Source of the DNA: Lophium mytilinum
Lineage: Eukaryota
Length of the DNA: 64,000 nucleotides
Assembly (NCBI GenBank): GCA_010093605.1
Contig: MU004193.1
Location: 1,557,520 to 1,621,519, forward strand
Direction of reading: 5' to 3'
Part shown: piece by piece, positions 36,377 through 50,612 of the stretch
Layout: each line of letters starts with the position of its first letter
Position numbering within the stretch: the first letter of the stretch is position 1
Program-made: the position numbers and the translations under genes
The notes under the pieces: generated by a model
Databases searched by the model: none
Seen by the model: the letters and a program-made list of their open reading frames with translations, nothing else
What the model was told of the DNA's origin: nothing

Positions 36377-38436
36377 TCAAGCCGCGGTAATGGTCAAGAA
36401 AAGCTTCTCCCTTTTCATACAAAGTGCAGTCACCAATCCCACCGCACCCGCCACGATGACCAGGATATAGCCATCTGCAATAGCGTCAACGATTCCGTCA
36501 ACGACAATCTTCTTCACTCTCGCATCTGCGCGCTCAAACACAGCGCTCCTCGCCCCGGCCAAGGCAGCCCTGATATCTGCGTGCGTGAAATCCATGCCTT
36601 GCAGCGCAGCACTCACACGGCGGAATCCCACATTCTGGAAAACAGAAGATGTGATAGTCAGCGCGAGCGTAGTGCCCCCAATCTGCGCCGTATTGATATA
36701 GCCAATAGAATCTGCAACACGATGCGGCTCGACTATCGCCGCAGCAATCGAGTACGTGCCCTGGGCTGCCAAACCACCACCAACAGCCAACAACACGCTG
36801 TATCCGTATATTCTGCCATTTGGAGTGCCAGCATCGACAGTAGTGTACATCAACGCGCCGCCGATGATCGCGAATATAGATGAGATGAGGTAGAACGGCA
36901 TGTAATAGCCAACCTTTGGCAGCAGCGCGCCATTCAGAACAATGAAGAAGATTGTGAAGATGAGCAAGGGCAGGAGCCGTACGGCAGAGTCGGTGCCGGA
37001 GTCGCCACGGGCGAAGGCGAAGAAGATTGGGATGTAGTACATGGGGATGAGCATGCAAGTCATGCAGCATGTTATGCCTATGTAGAGCAGTATGAGCGTT
37101 CGGGAGCGGAGGAAGTCGGCGGGAAAGATTCGGGCGGCAGGTGTTGTGAGGACTGAGAAGTATTGCGTGATGACGAAGGCAAGAATGATCAGTGGACAGA
37201 GCACGAAGAGTGCAATAGTACGACCGTCGTCCCACGCCCAGGTTATACCGCCAAAGGTAAAGAGGAGGACGAAGGAGGTCCAAGATGCGGCATTGAGAAG
37301 GGACCCCAGCCAGTCCATCTGTCTAAACTTGGTACGGAAGGAAATGTCGGGTCGAGGCTGGTATGAGTCGAGAATTAAAAGAGCAGGAAGGAAGATGGCG
37401 AACAGAACGAGGTTGATGTAAAAAGACTGAAATTGGTTAGTAGGTATGAGGAGCTAGAAAGGGAGTATCTTACCCATCTCCAAGTAGCCCCGCTGTCCGA
37501 AAAGAGGCCTCCAATGACAGGACCCATGATGGTTCCGAAGCCCCAGAAAGCTCCAATTCCACTAACGTAGATAGGTCGTTTCTCAATTGGGGTATTAACG
37601 GTGACAAGGGTCAAAACTCTGCAGGGCAGTCAGCAACATGTGAGGAATGGCGAGGAGCATCTCATCATACCCAAGATAGCTACCAGCTCCACCAACGCCG
37701 GTCCAAACACGGCCTACGATGAGTGCGTTCATTGACTAGATCATGTATCAGTACGTGAAGACGAAGCTAATGGAGTTGATCAGAACGAGTTCAGTAAAAT
37801 CATACCGGTGCACCACCACAAAGCGCGCTACCTGCTTCAAACATAGTCACGCTTCCGAGATACAACCTACACAATGTCAGTCAATCACAGCGACCTTTAG
37901 CTTTCTTTTCTTTCAACGTACCACTTATTGTCAAAAAGACTGAAAGCTCGACTCCTGGGAGATCACTACCATTAGTTCCCTTCAATAGCTGACACGGGGT
38001 ATCCTATTCCGAAGAACGCTCAAAACACTCACAGGGTAAAGATCGTAGCCGCCCCTCCAAGAGGGAATCCGATACCAAGCCAGCCGAGTTTGTCCACTTC
38101 TCCAAACGTCTCAACAATCGGCGCTTGGATATCTGCAACGATAGTCGTGTCGAGGCCGTAGAGAAATGCCGTAGCGTAAAGGCTACCGATTACCAGAGTC
38201 CATTGCCACTTGTTGTACTGAGATCCAGGAATTGCTCCTGATTGTTCGATCGAGTTGTCAGGGGCCTGCTGACGCTGACGTTCTATATCTTCGTCGAGAT
38301 CAAGGTCTTCTTTCTCCACGTCGGGGGTCTTCAGGTCTCTGAAACTAGGGTTCGATATGTCTGCTTCGCTTCTCTTGAGATCAGAAGCTAGGTCGATGTT
38401 TGACACAGTCATTGGAGTGGCTATTCCTTCTGTCAT
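36377..38436 (-). CDS. MFS drug/toxin efflux pump, DHA2 (14-TM) type, multi-exon
   Basis: FLYGLDTTIVADIQ, FEAGSALCGGAP, ALIVGRVWTGVGGAG, GPVIGG...ATWRW, DWLG; exons splice in frame at GT-AG sites. Confidence 0.9.
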
Positions 38437-40258
38437 TTTGGGTGATCATATGATTTTAGAAATCTAGAAATCGAAATGGAAAGACAAAAGCAAATCTAAC
38501 CGAAAGCTCTAATGGATGAATGGAAGGTACTTTGGTACTTTCAACTTGCAGCATGATTCTCATATGAACATATACAAGGGTACGAGGATAGAACACATAC
38601 CAAGAGATTCAATCGCTGATTAGTATGCAAGCCTGCGCTGTGTCATATACGGTATTACCAAGCGTAGAGAAATTCGCTTGTGCAAGGGACCTCGAGTATA
38701 TGATAGGACTCTAAATAAATGCCAAGATGATCGGCATAAGCTTATGGTGGTATTACCTCCTGTCAAGCTCGGAACAATCCGCTTGCGTAGGGGATTTAGA
38801 GTATACGATAAAGGAATAACCGGTGCCTTTTTAGTTGCCGTATTATGAGAAACCGTAGTGATCGGCACGACTTCGTCATCTCTATTCTTCTCTAAAGTAG
38901 GGTGCATGTATACGTATGCATACTACTGTCTATGAGTGTCTTCACAAGGTGTTGGGCGACGTTTTGCTAGATTTGACTGAATTGGCAGAAGACACACGAT
39001 GGCGGCATAAAGTTCTCCCTTTCACAAGATAGGCGCTTGTCTTTATCAAAATTGGCAAGTAATTTTCCCTATGACTCTGACATGTCTTGCGCTAGAAAGT
39101 AATCAAGATTAGTAAATGATGTAAGCCACAAATGCTTCGGATTTAACGTATTCTGTCCGAAACGGAACTGAAGTAGTTATTGGATATTTGTCATCGAAGA
39201 GTCGAAAGGGCATGGTTAAGTTCTGTAAAGGTAGAGGTAATAATTCTCATAAAGCTCTCTGCGAGCTCGGTGGACTTTACTTACCCTTGCAGTTACTAAT
39301 TCCTGCCCAGGCCTCGTGTCTGGCTGCGGGATTGCTGGTTCAGTTATTCAATCTACATAAACCTCTTGCTATTAGTTACTAGAAACCACAAGCACTTGTT
39401 AACGGTTGTAATATCATGCTTGTTCGTGCATCTCGTCGCGCATCGCCTCCAGGTATGGGCCTAGAACTAAGTGAAGGAATTGTCCACAGTAGAAGGCAAT
39501 GGGGAGAAGCATACGCCTTGGGTACTACTTCGTTGCCAATGTCCATACCTGTATCTGTTTGCTGTCAAGCTGCGGGCTTGGGCACGATGCCAGCCGGTAT
39601 GTCCTTTACTCGAAATGCGCCGCAGAGCAAATAGCACTTGACGAGAACTCAATCTCTGCATCGGCCAGTGGCTGATATGAAGCAGACTGTGCAACTGGAC
39701 TAGGACTTGGTTCTGAGGTATCCATTGAGAGTGTATTCTTGGAAGCGCTTGCAAGAGAGACGACAGCACGCGGCAAGTTTAGATGCGGGCGCTGCGATAT
39801 CAGAAGTTACAATTCAAAGCTGTGTATTTATTCGATTTAGATTGGATTTTGATTCCATTTGTATGCATAGGATGTGGTAGATGCGGTTGTGGTTGTGGCG
39901 ATGAAAATCATTTTTGTTGCCCGGCCAGCGGCGTTTGTTGTTTCAGTTTCGTCATCCCCAGCCTCCTCCGTTCAACCACCTCCATTTCGCTCCCAAACCC
40001 CCCAACCACCACGCATATCAGTACCGCCACAAGGCTAAACCACCTTTTCTTTTACACTCAACATTCGTACTGCATTGCACGTCTGACTAAAATTTAGTTC
40101 CATCCTTCGCATCGTCAGCACCGCCTTCTCGAAACTTCAAGGCCGGCCTTCATTCCGACTCCACGACCGACTGCAAACCACATTCCACCACCTGAGCCTA
40201 GGCTCAAGCCTTCGGGCAAACCAAATTCCCCCAACAATCGCTCCACGAGAAACACACC

Positions 40259-41698
40259 ATGGCGCCCCTCCCAGCATCCCTCATCTCTCTACTCCCTCGC
40301 AGCCTCATCTCCTCACCCACATCGACAACCGACCTAGACCCACGCAATCCATCCGAACTCTCACCCATCGCCATCCATGATCTCCACCACCACCTCTCCA
40401 AGCGAGCCCAAACTGGCGACTTCGGTGCAGGTGTCAAGCCAGCCAACGAGATCAACAATGTCGGCTTCCAAGTCCTCTTCGCCCTCATCGGCGTCGGCAT
40501 GGTCCTCGGCAGCATCTGGTTCTTCTTCTGGGCCAAGAACGGCGGCTTCAAGTGGAAGAAAGACGACTGGGACGACTACAAATCCACCGTGCTACGACGC
40601 AAGGGACCAGACGGAAAGACACTATCCAACGCAACCAAGAGCACGAGACTCGGCGGCGGTAGCGTAGTTCACGGGGGCAGCTACGGCAACACCGAGACGG
40701 TCAGCGATGGCTACACGGACGAGACCGCTACATCGGCAGACCCGAACGAGATGCGGGAAGCGGAAGCTGGCCAGCGTCATGGGTTCGGCATCCGTGGCGG
40801 CAACGGCCGCAAGCAACGCAACGAGAGCAGCTCCAAGCACAAGGACCCCGAGCTGCGTCAGTATCGCCACGAGAAAGCCGCTCGAGTGGGCGGGCTGAAC
40901 CGCGCCTATGACGGCACCTACCACGACTACTCCAACAGCTCCGACATCTCGACACAACCTCTGACGCAGCCCAAGAAAACCGACAAGAAAGCCCAAGATA
41001 AACGCGCCAAAGAAGCCAAACGCTCCGAGAAGAAAGCCCACGCCGCTGAAGAAAAAGCACGCAAGGAAGCCGAGAAAGCGAGCAAGAAGAGCAAGACTCC
41101 TAAGGCTACCAAGCAACCCGAGATGGCCGCTGCCGTTGTCCTCGCCGAACCCGCTGGATCTTCTGCCTCTCGACCTGTGGGCGCGCCTGCCTCTGTCCCA
41201 CACCCTGACGCTCTCCGCGCCGCTCGCCGCGCCGCCCCGTCAGCTGCCTACTCTTTCATCTCCGGCGACGACACCAACACTGTTTACACAGGGGCCTACA
41301 CCGCGCCTTCCGCACCATCGGAGGCTGACAACTCGTATTACTCGTCCTACCGCCCGCACGCGGCAGCTCAATCTCAGCCGCGCGATCGTGAAGCCCGCCC
41401 TGCATCGCACTCGCGTCATTCGTCGCCGCGCAAGCAACATCGGTCGTCGCGCCAGTCACCGGCTGCGTCTGATATCTTCAGCGACGGCACTCAAGATACG
41501 GGCACCAAGAGCTATCCTTGCTACATCCCCGGCCTCAGCGCTGGGAGTGTAGGCGTGAGCGAGAGCGTGAGCCAAGTTGGTGGACGGAGTGAGAGACAGG
41601 GGAGGGAAAGTCCGAGGAAGGGCAGGGACGTAATGGACGGATACCGCCGTGGCGGAGTACGGGGTCGTAGGGACAGCTTGAGCGACAGCGACTCGTGA
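40259..41698 (+). CDS. Hypothetical single-pass membrane protein, 479 aa
   Basis: Intronless ORF with C-ending codon bias; one TM (VLFALIGVGMVLGSIWFFFWA), then DWDDYKSTVLRRKGPDGKTLSNATKST; Lys-rich segment and disordered tail. Confidence 0.85.
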   Translation: MAPLPASLISLLPRSLISSPTSTTDLDPRNPSELSPIAIHDLHHHLSKRAQTGDFGAGVKPANEINNVGFQVLFALIGVGMVLGSIWFFFWAKNGGFKWKKDDWDDYKSTVLRRKGPDGKTLSNATKSTRLGGGSVVHGGSYGNTETVSDGYTDETATSADPNEMREAEAGQRHGFGIRGGNGRKQRNESSSKHKDPELRQYRHEKAARVGGLNRAYDGTYHDYSNSSDISTQPLTQPKKTDKKAQDKRAKEAKRSEKKAHAAEEKARKEAEKASKKSKTPKATKQPEMAAAVVLAEPAGSSASRPVGAPASVPHPDALRAARRAAPSAAYSFISGDDTNTVYTGAYTAPSAPSEADNSYYSSYRPHAAAQSQPRDREARPASHSRHSSPRKQHRSSRQSPAASDIFSDGTQDTGTKSYPCYIPGLSAGSVGVSESVSQVGGRSERQGRESPRKGRDVMDGYRRGGVRGRRDSLSDSDS

Positions 41699-44370
41699 AG
41701 GAGACGAGTGGAAATGGATTGTTTTGATGAGAGTTGATCGTGAGCGTTGTATGATGGAGATGGATGAAGTACACTTCGGCTTTTGTCGGTGTCGGCGTTT
41801 TGGGACCTGGGTGAATACTCCAGACTGCACACTTGTATAGCATGGCATGGTATGGCATAGGCATGACGGGACTGGGATGAACTGAGATGGATTGGACGAC
41901 GACTGTATGTATGTAGAAAATAAACCCGACAATCAAACACCCACAATCATACACACGTGTAGATTTGTACGATTGAAAGAAGTAGAGAGCTAAATATGGT
42001 TGTGAATCATGGGAAAGAGCTTACGATGACCCGAGGTATTCTATGACACTCTTCCGTGGCCCCTTGTGCTGTTTACTTAGTGCAACAACGAAGTCCTGGA
42101 TCTATTATATGGGCTACTGCAGTCTCGAGACCAGACATGATAGTGGTCTTTTTCTCGTTAGGTTTCTCAACGGACTTACTGAATCATCGTATAGAATCCT
42201 TCGTATCTACTCTTCCTTCTAGCAACGCGAGCGTTTCCCTTTCCGACTTTAGATGCGCCTAGGGGACCCTCTTTTGTTACAACATTACTCTATCAAGCGT
42301 CCAGCGGCCTTGAAGATCAGATATAATAACCCCGCATGGGGAAGATCGATGGCAGAGTGGCACCTTTCAGCCAGCCATGGTGAAGTCATGATTCCTTTTG
42401 CTCGGTTCACATAGCCGGCGACATGTCGCCAGTCTCCACTATGGGCGATGCGAGATCGCAGCTAGCCATCGGCAGGCCTCTCCGATTGGAGTGCGCGCGC
42501 GAGGCGGGATTGCCGAGGTATTGGGGAGGGGGCAGCTGAAGGGGAGAGGAGGAGCTGCAGGGTGGATCGCCCTGCAGCGTGCTGCAATGCGTGATGGTGT
42601 GCATGGTGAGTGTGATAGGTTGAGCGAGAAATGGAAATGGTATGAGTGATGTGATTGGACAAGCGAGGAATGTAAGACTAGAAGAGGGTGGAGCAGATCA
42701 TGCGCGATAAAGAAGAGTGAGATAACGGAGATGAATCTGCGAAAGAGGTGGAAAGATGGTTGGCGGGGATGAGAGCTCTGCTAAATCGCTAGCACCCGCT
42801 AGTGACAGCTTCTTAACCAGACAACCGCCGTTGACGACGAGAAATAGAGGAAGTGATTCCGAGAGTCTAGATGTGCTGCTTGTTGCGGAAACAGGATTGG
42901 ATATAAGCTTCACCGATATTGAGCATCAGGCGCGGTGGCCGCTGACACCCAAGCCACGCCGATATCTGAGCAAAGGCGTCAGAAATCAGATCATGGAAGC
43001 TTTGCGGCGGTCGGAGACGATACCGAGTGAAACCTCGATGGAGTTCTGGCTGGCCGGCACACACCGATGAGGCGTGCGTAATGCGGAGAGGTGGGGGATT
43101 GGGCATGTGGCTTCGAAGTCGTCACCTATCTGGCACTCTTCGGAATGGAGGCGTTGCTTCCTCAGAAGCTGTCATGAGTGTCCAAGAATGCCTAAAGCAT
43201 ATGGGTGTATTGGATGGTAGGGCTGAGTGTGCTGCCAGTGATCGCTTAGGCCGAACTGGCGTTCACGCATCAGCAATGTCATCGCCGTCAGGGCTGGATG
43301 GAAACATGGATTCGCCATCAGTCAGCTCCGCCATGGCCTGGGACGCGAGAAAGCCGATAAGGGGTGGGTGGGTTGGCTTGACTAAACAGAGAATTGGGAG
43401 GCGAAGCGGTCCATCTAAGAAATTAGAATAGAGATGGTGTAGGAACTCCGAGGGAGGTTTGTGTTGCCTCGCCTCCGCAAACAGGCGCCTGACAGGCCCG
43501 AAGAAGTCCCTCGATGACCTCTTTGGCCAATTCACGCCCTTCTCGCGCATACAGATCGGCCGGCGCCCTGCGTCAATCCTGCATGTCCTGCTTGCTGTGC
43601 GACGCGGCTGCTTGCCCCATGAGCAGCTCCTCATGCGGCCAGGTCAAGGCCCCGGCGAGGTGTTGCCCTCGACGCAGATGACCGCTCGGCGTCTTTCTCA
43701 GCACACCATCAACGAGCATCACGCGTCGCCGCCGTCGCCCACACTCGCAAGTCATGTACGCCTTGTATTGCTTCTTTCAGACACCCTGCACGCCTAGGCT
43801 TCCCGCATGCTTCCGCTACTGTGGGTGTGCTGCACTGCAGGGCGCACCGGGTTCCCAGCTGAGCAGCTCTCGCGATCATGCATCTATATAGTCCTATCAA
43901 GATCCGCCCCACGAATCGTTCTTGAGATCAGAGGCAGCATTGTAGGTGGTGGTTGTTGCATTTCATTCTGTTTGCCTCTCCACGTTTCCATCTCCTCTAG
44001 GCAAAAGCATCCCTAGGCTCAAGGCACCACCCCTCTGTCTCAGTCTATGATTCACACCCTGCCCCTGCGCCTCAGTGATATTCCACGCGGCTCTTGCGAA
44101 GTGCGTATGCGTATGTCACGTATATAGCCACCTGCGCGTGCATCTCCGACCCCTCTACCTCTTCTCTCCCCCGCTCCTCTACAAGATACTGCCGTCGTTA
44201 CTGTCCCTGGCGCTCGCTCCTCATCTCCCCCAATTCTACTGCCAGTCCATCGACCGGCCGCGGGCCGGATATCAAGAGGTCTGAGGCATCACCGTCGTTA
44301 ACGCCAAACACCGCGCCAGGCCTTGCCTCACTACTCTAACAAGAGGACACCTGGACCTCTACCCGTCACG

Positions 44371-45045
44371 ATGCCGTCCTTCATCAACTCCAGGACCTAC
44401 TCTTGGCCACCGTCACCCACTCACCTCTCGCTGTCCAGCCTGGCCGACGCTCCTTCCAAGTCCACTGGCCTCCCAGACATCGACGATGACCCATTCGCAC
44501 ACTTCCTGACTCCTGTCAACGAAGAAGACGACCCCTTTGACGCGCTCTCTCTCTCCGCTGGCATCATCTCCACCCCCGAACCCACGGCCTCAAAGACCAC
44601 GAAGTTCAAGTCCAGCGTTGCGCAGAAGTGGGCCCGCTACGTCGCCCGTCACCACGCAGACCTCCACGAGCAGTACCACCCAACGCCCGAGGAAGACCCG
44701 GACAACGACGACGATGACGAGGCATTCATCGTCGACCTGGACGATGCGCGTTTGGTAGATACGCCGCGTACTAGGGATTTGCTCTCGACGCCTGCCATCA
44801 CGCTGTCGCAGCCGACGAGGGGCCGTGCGCAGGAGCTGCTGGTGCCTGGGCACAGGCGACGGAGGGGTCGCGCGAGTAGGACGCTTTCTGGTCACCGACA
44901 TAGCTGGCGCGAGCCGAGTCCGGAGTTGTTTACCGTTGCTGAGGTGGAGGAGGCGGAGAGTCCGGTGCGTGAGAGGAAGAGGCGGATTGCGACCGATGAT
45001 GGTGACCGATTGGGAATCCGGAGGTCGGAACGGGCGAAATTATGA
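44371..45045 (+). CDS. Hypothetical protein, 224 aa, ending in -AKL
   Basis: ATG at 44371 (MPSFINSRTYSWPPSP); DDDPFAHFLTP and HSWREPSPELFTV segments; coding-like codon bias. Confidence 0.7.
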   Translation: MPSFINSRTYSWPPSPTHLSLSSLADAPSKSTGLPDIDDDPFAHFLTPVNEEDDPFDALSLSAGIISTPEPTASKTTKFKSSVAQKWARYVARHHADLHEQYHPTPEEDPDNDDDDEAFIVDLDDARLVDTPRTRDLLSTPAITLSQPTRGRAQELLVPGHRRRRGRASRTLSGHRHSWREPSPELFTVAEVEEAESPVRERKRRIATDDGDRLGIRRSERAKL

Positions 45046-46302
45046 CTTCGGTTGGTGCTGAGCTGTGGAGGGTGTTTAGGGATAGGGCAGGCGGAGTGAC
45101 TTGTTGCATTGAAAGGCGTTTGGGATCATCGATGGGACTGTTCCGACTTTTTCTTTTCGAACCTCTGGTATGCATTTTCTGGCTGCATCTATTGGCGTTT
45201 GAGACTTTCCTTTTCTGCATATCTCGGCGTCATCCTCTTTCGTTGTTCTTCTTTTCCCTTCCAGAATGGGTCTAAGGACTGGGTGCCATCAATCTCCTTC
45301 GCATTTGCATATTGTATCCTGCATACATCATTGGGCGGCGTTTAGAGCCTTAATACTTTTCACTCTTCCCTTAGTAGCACATCACCGTCAGTAATAGTAT
45401 TCCGTAATAGCATTGAAACGAGCAATAGACACATCTAGGCAACAAGGCAATGATCCATCCCGCAGGTGACACGTGAGCACTCACTAGAAAGCATCAGATC
45501 ACATGAACGCTACTTTCTCCCGATATAAAACCTCAGTAAAGACAGACCACTGCTGTTCGATATGGAGGAGCAAGTGTTTGCATACCTCGCGACGACACAC
45601 AGATGAATGGATTCCCAGAATGGTAGGATTGGCAAGACTGCATCCGGCATCACTCATGAATGATGATACTAAGCAGCTTCTCTCATTGAACCTACCCATC
45701 ATCACTCTATCCATCGCGCCACTCACAATCAGCACCTAAACATCCTCATCATTATCAATGAATTCCTAAGCACCACCCCACAAACCCTACCATGGAATGC
45801 TAACATAGTGAGTTTTGCAGCCACCAACGCCCACCGACACCATCATTTTTCTGATGCTGTACTTTTGTCTGTTCAAACCCGAATGCGTACTGTCCTGAAC
45901 AGAGGTTGAGGAATGCGAGGGAGTTTTATACTCGTCGAAGAAAGGGGGGAGACAGTGTCACGTGCGAAACACATAAGATGCTAGTAGTCACTCAGTTAGC
46001 AAGCTGTGTAACAATGACTTACTATAAGGTAGGACGGAACTCATACATTCATGCTTCAGTAGATCCACATCACGTGATGAATTATGACGCACCGGAACTT
46101 TTCAATGGCCGAGCGAGGGGTCCGAAATTTTTGTCTGAGCGTTGCTCGAATTTCTAAGCACCACGAGAAAACCATCGCCTTCCACCACCATCGCATTGCT
46201 CAGCAAGGACAACAAAGCCCCCTTCAGAGCGCGCAGAACACATCTCTCCTTACCGCCAACCTCCCCTCCGATTCTCCTCAATCTCACAGCACATCCACCA
46301 CA

Positions 46303-47893
46303 ATGTCCGCCCACCAACCCCACCACCAGGGCGGCGACGAGGAGGACGAGAACGAAGAAATCATGCTCGACCCCAACGAAGCAGGCGAAGAGATCCCCTC
46401 AGACGAAGACGAGCCCATGGACTCTGACGACGACGACTACGACGGCGCCGAACCCACTACTCTCGAAGAAATCGCCCTCCAAAACGACAGCGCCGCCCAC
46501 TTCGACGCCCACAACGACAGCATCTTCTGCATCGCGCAGCACCCTGTGCACCCAGCTATAATCGCGACCGGCGGCGGCGACGACTGCGGCTACATCTTCG
46601 ACGCGACGCCCGCCCCAGGGCCCGTCCTTCCCCCGAGCTACGAGAGCAATCCCCAGCCCGTGGAGCGCGCGTCGCTGGAGAGCCTATTCAAGCTCGAGGG
46701 ACACACAGACAGCGTCAACGCGATCGTCTTCACAAAACCGAAAGGACAGTACGTCGCCACCGCCGGCCTGGACGGCAAACTACGCGTCTGGCAGGGCGAG
46801 CCTGCGGGCCGGCGGTGGAAGTTCCTCGCCGAAGCGCAGGAAGTCGAAGAGATACAGTGGATGGAGGCGTGTCCGAACCCCGATCACCCGAACACCCTCG
46901 CGTTCGGCGCGAATGACGGGAGTGTGTGGGTGTATAAGATCGATGCGGCGGATAAGGCGAGCCCGCTCACCATTGTGCAGGCGTTTTATCTACATACTGA
47001 GGCGACGACGGCGGGCGCGTGGACGCCGGATGGGAAGCTGCTGGCGACGGTGGCGGAGGATAGCAGTTTTTATGTTTGGGATGTGTTTGGGGAGGCCAGT
47101 GCTGCGGGGCTGGCGGATGGGCAGCATGTGGTTGGCTTGACAGGAGTTGATGAGCGGTTTAGGGTTGAGGGGGGCTTGTACAGCGTTGCTGTCGCACCGA
47201 ATGGAGCCTTTGCTGCGGTGGGAGGGCGAGAGGGGCAGATTCGAGTTGTGGGATTGCCACGATTAGGAGTTGAAGCTTCAGGTGCAGCCAGTGGGAAGGG
47301 CGCAGGGGCTAAGAGCAAGGCTGGTGGCACGAAGCTCGCTGGTGTACCGAAATCAGTGGCTGCGGGAGCATCGGCTGGGCAGTCAGGGCAGATTCTGGCG
47401 AGTCTGGCGGCTGGTGTGGACAATGTTGAGACGATATCGTTCTCGCAGCCTCCGTTGACGCTCATGGCGGCTGGAAATGTGGACGGTTCCATCACGCTTT
47501 TCGACACGGCACATCGGTTTGCAGTACGGCGAAGCATCCAAGGAGCACACGAGGACGACGAAGGCGAGCAGCCGGTCGTCAAGGTCGAGTTTGTGAACAG
47601 TTCAGGTCAGGCAGGAGGGCTGCTCACATCGGTCGGATATGACGGAGTTGTCAGGCGGTGGGACGCAAGAGGTGGCACTGCAGCAGCAGCAAAGGGGCTT
47701 GTGGGTGAATGGAGAGGACATAGGGGTGGAGGCGAAGGGGGTGGCATCATGGGGTTCGTGCAGGGAGATGGCAAAGCCGTGGTTACAGCGGGTGACGAGT
47801 AAGTCCACTGCCTATCTGATTGCATGATTGTGGTAGAAAAGTGCTAACCTATCATTTAGTTCGGTATCGCTAGTATTCCCCACACCGATATAG
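46303..47893 (+). CDS. SQT1: WD40 ribosome-assembly chaperone Sqt1 (AAMP-like)
   Basis: Acidic N-terminus, LQNDSAAHFDAHNDSIFCI, ATGGGDD, GHTDSV, EVEEIQW, FGANDGSVW; intron 47799-47859 gives VTAGDD-SVSLVFPTPI*. Confidence 0.8.
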
Positions 47894-48338
47894 AACGATC
47901 TTCGCATCAATGAGTTATGATTCACGACTCGAGGATCTTTCCTGCAATCTTTGGTGATCATATGCAAACTTCCTTTGATGGAACGCGGATCAGGTCTATT
48001 ACCCTTCGATCACGTTTTGATATCCAATCTCTGGAACCATGCCATTGCCGTGGCTTTGCGAGAGCGAGTCGTGGGACAGCATACCCAGTTTGAATATCGC
48101 TTCCGAGATAGGGTCTACTACCGTGAGTCTATCGCAGCCATCAATGTCGCGTACGAAATTTCGCGGCGGTTTTGGGGGATTTGGAAGTCGAGGAAGAATA
48201 CCCGAGCAGGCGCTTCCAATGCACAAATCATTAGACATTACGGAAAGATCTTGCGGCATCCATGTTGATAGCAAGTTTAACCATATCAAGTGGCTAGTGA
48301 GCCAAAGCCCTATGGATGGATTATCTCATCTATAGAGT

Positions 48339-50203
48339 CTATAAGATTTCTCTAGTATGCGACATACTGTAAGGATCAGAGAACCCAAGATTAAAGGCCA
48401 AATCAGAGCCGAGGAACTTCTCCCAATCAAATAGATCCAACTCCATCTGATCAGTTTCCCAGGGTGCAGTTAGAAGATTACCTTCATCCCCTTGAGCAGC
48501 AGCAAAACCGTTCCCGGCCGAAGTGTGCGAAACGGATGCTCGAGATTCCGTTTCACCCGGCGCGCTGACTGAATATTCCTCGCTGCCCAGGATTCCTTGC
48601 GTGCTTCGACTAAGCGTCTCTGCTGCTTCTAACTTATTTCTCTGAAACATCCGAACAAGATACTCCGCCATTCTCACCACCTTCTGCACTCTCTTGGTGG
48701 GAAAATACTGCTGGATAATCCTGAGTGCAATCATACTGTCCTCGACCAATGCCAAACTTTCCGTGGTGTCCATGGACAGCGCAACGCATAGGAACTGGAA
48801 CGGGAAATGCAAAACATGCCACCTATAGTGAAGAGGTTAGCTCTGAGACACAACGAGCAGGAGCATATGGGGCAATTCTCTCACCATGGCTGGCTGTCTT
48901 TTGCAAGACGAACTGCTCCCGCTAGTCCTGGTTTGGCTGTACAAAGGATACGCGCTAAAGTGCGCTTTGGGATGACTGACGATGTGAGGCGCATGAATCG
49001 ATAGATGCACAAGGCGTGATTCGACTTGTGGAGTTGAAGTGCATCGTGACTGGACATGGGGAGTGCGTCGATGTCGTCGAGTATCTTGGTAAGTTCCGCG
49101 AGGGATTTATGCTCGGGGCTGTTGGTGAAGCGTAAAGAGACGACGTAGAGCGAGATCAGCGTGGAAGTGTGGTCCAGAATGCCAGGGGGGGATGGAGTTG
49201 GAGGTGGGCATGATATAGTGACAATATCTCTATCCCACTGCGATGGATGGAACTCATTGCGGATCCTGTCGAGTAGACGAGCAATCCAATGTAGTTTGCG
49301 GTGGATCTGAGCTTCATCCATCAAGCTAGTTGCATTCCCAGTTGAGCATCGGGAGTCTTGTTCATTTCTTGTGTCGTCGCTGGAGTGGCCCTCCAGAGCA
49401 AGGATAGAAGAGCGACTTGCTTGCCAGGCGGCACGAGGATCCACAGCCATGCGGAGATAGAGCACTCGGAGTATCCTAGCGGTTGCAATTGGAAGCGAAG
49501 AGCGCGACAATCGATCCACTGGGGTCCATCTCTCCAATAATTTTTGTCCCAGTTCCACGATTTGGGACTCTCGATGAAAAGCATTCGCGCCAGAAAACAA
49601 GGAGCCCAACGCAATGACTCCACAAATAATTGCATCAAACTCACAAGATTGACTGGATGAGGAAGTCCATCGATCCTGCAGCTGCTCCCCGAAGCGCCCC
49701 TGGTCCACTATTGAGTAGACTGGATTCACCTTCTCAAAGTATACTTGAGAATAAAGGCTGGCTTCTTCTAGCCCAGCCAAATCTATGATGGATGTCTCGT
49801 AGGCCGAATCAAGTCGCAGGCCAAGATTCCACGAAGAATACTCGAGCGGTTGGGTTTCTCCATTGCTCAGCTCTGCCATGAGATGACGCGCAAATGTATT
49901 CCCGCTTGGCACCGGTGCGACTGAACTGATTTGCTTCGCAGACCGCTTCTCGACTACTTCAGGAACCGCTGTTGGGACTTCATCATTCTGTATGACGGAT
50001 GTAGTCGGTGATAAATGCTCCTCACTTCTCTTCTCACCCTGTATCCTTGCTCTCCTGCGCGGACGAGAAGAATAGGAGCAGATATGTTCATATCTCCTGC
50101 AAGAATAGCATGGCTCTTTCCCGTCACATTTCCGTTTCGAATGACGACATTGCTCGCAGGCCTGGCGAGATTTCCGGCGTCCGACATTGCCCTCCGAAGA
50201 CAT
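48339..50203 (-). CDS. Zn(II)2Cys6 transcription factor
   Basis: MSSEGNVGRRKSRQACEQCRHSKRKCDGKEPCYSCRRYEHIC; YFEKVNPVY; intron 48823-48884 gives QPWWHVLHFPFQ. Confidence 0.88.
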
Positions 50204-50612
50204 AGTGAGCACAAGTAATGTCGAGCTGTTGCGGGCGGAAGACGTGCGGGTTGAAAGGAAAGTGAGGATATCGGTCCAAACGGGAACGGGACGAGCGGGA
50301 TGAGCGGAATTCGCGGCGTTTGAGCAAGGACCAATCAAGAGCACCCATCCATCAAGTCAACCCTGGAAATCGTAAAGCCCAGAAATAAGTCAAACGAAGA
50401 TTTTCATTCATCATCTTGCATCGGATGTTGCGGGTTGGACGGAAGAGCGAAGCTTAACAATCCATAAGCAATATGTTACACTGTTTTCGCAGAGCGAATT
50501 TCTAATACACTACCTCCTTCGCTCTATAAAGGTCAACTTCATAGAATCATGCATGTCTTTTACAATTTGACAACCGTTTCCCTTCTCCGATATCTAATAT
50601 TTCTTCTTTGCC

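Noticed and set aside
42398..43800. Short ORFs between the membrane-protein gene and the 44371 gene
   Set aside because: No motifs or convincing splice structure
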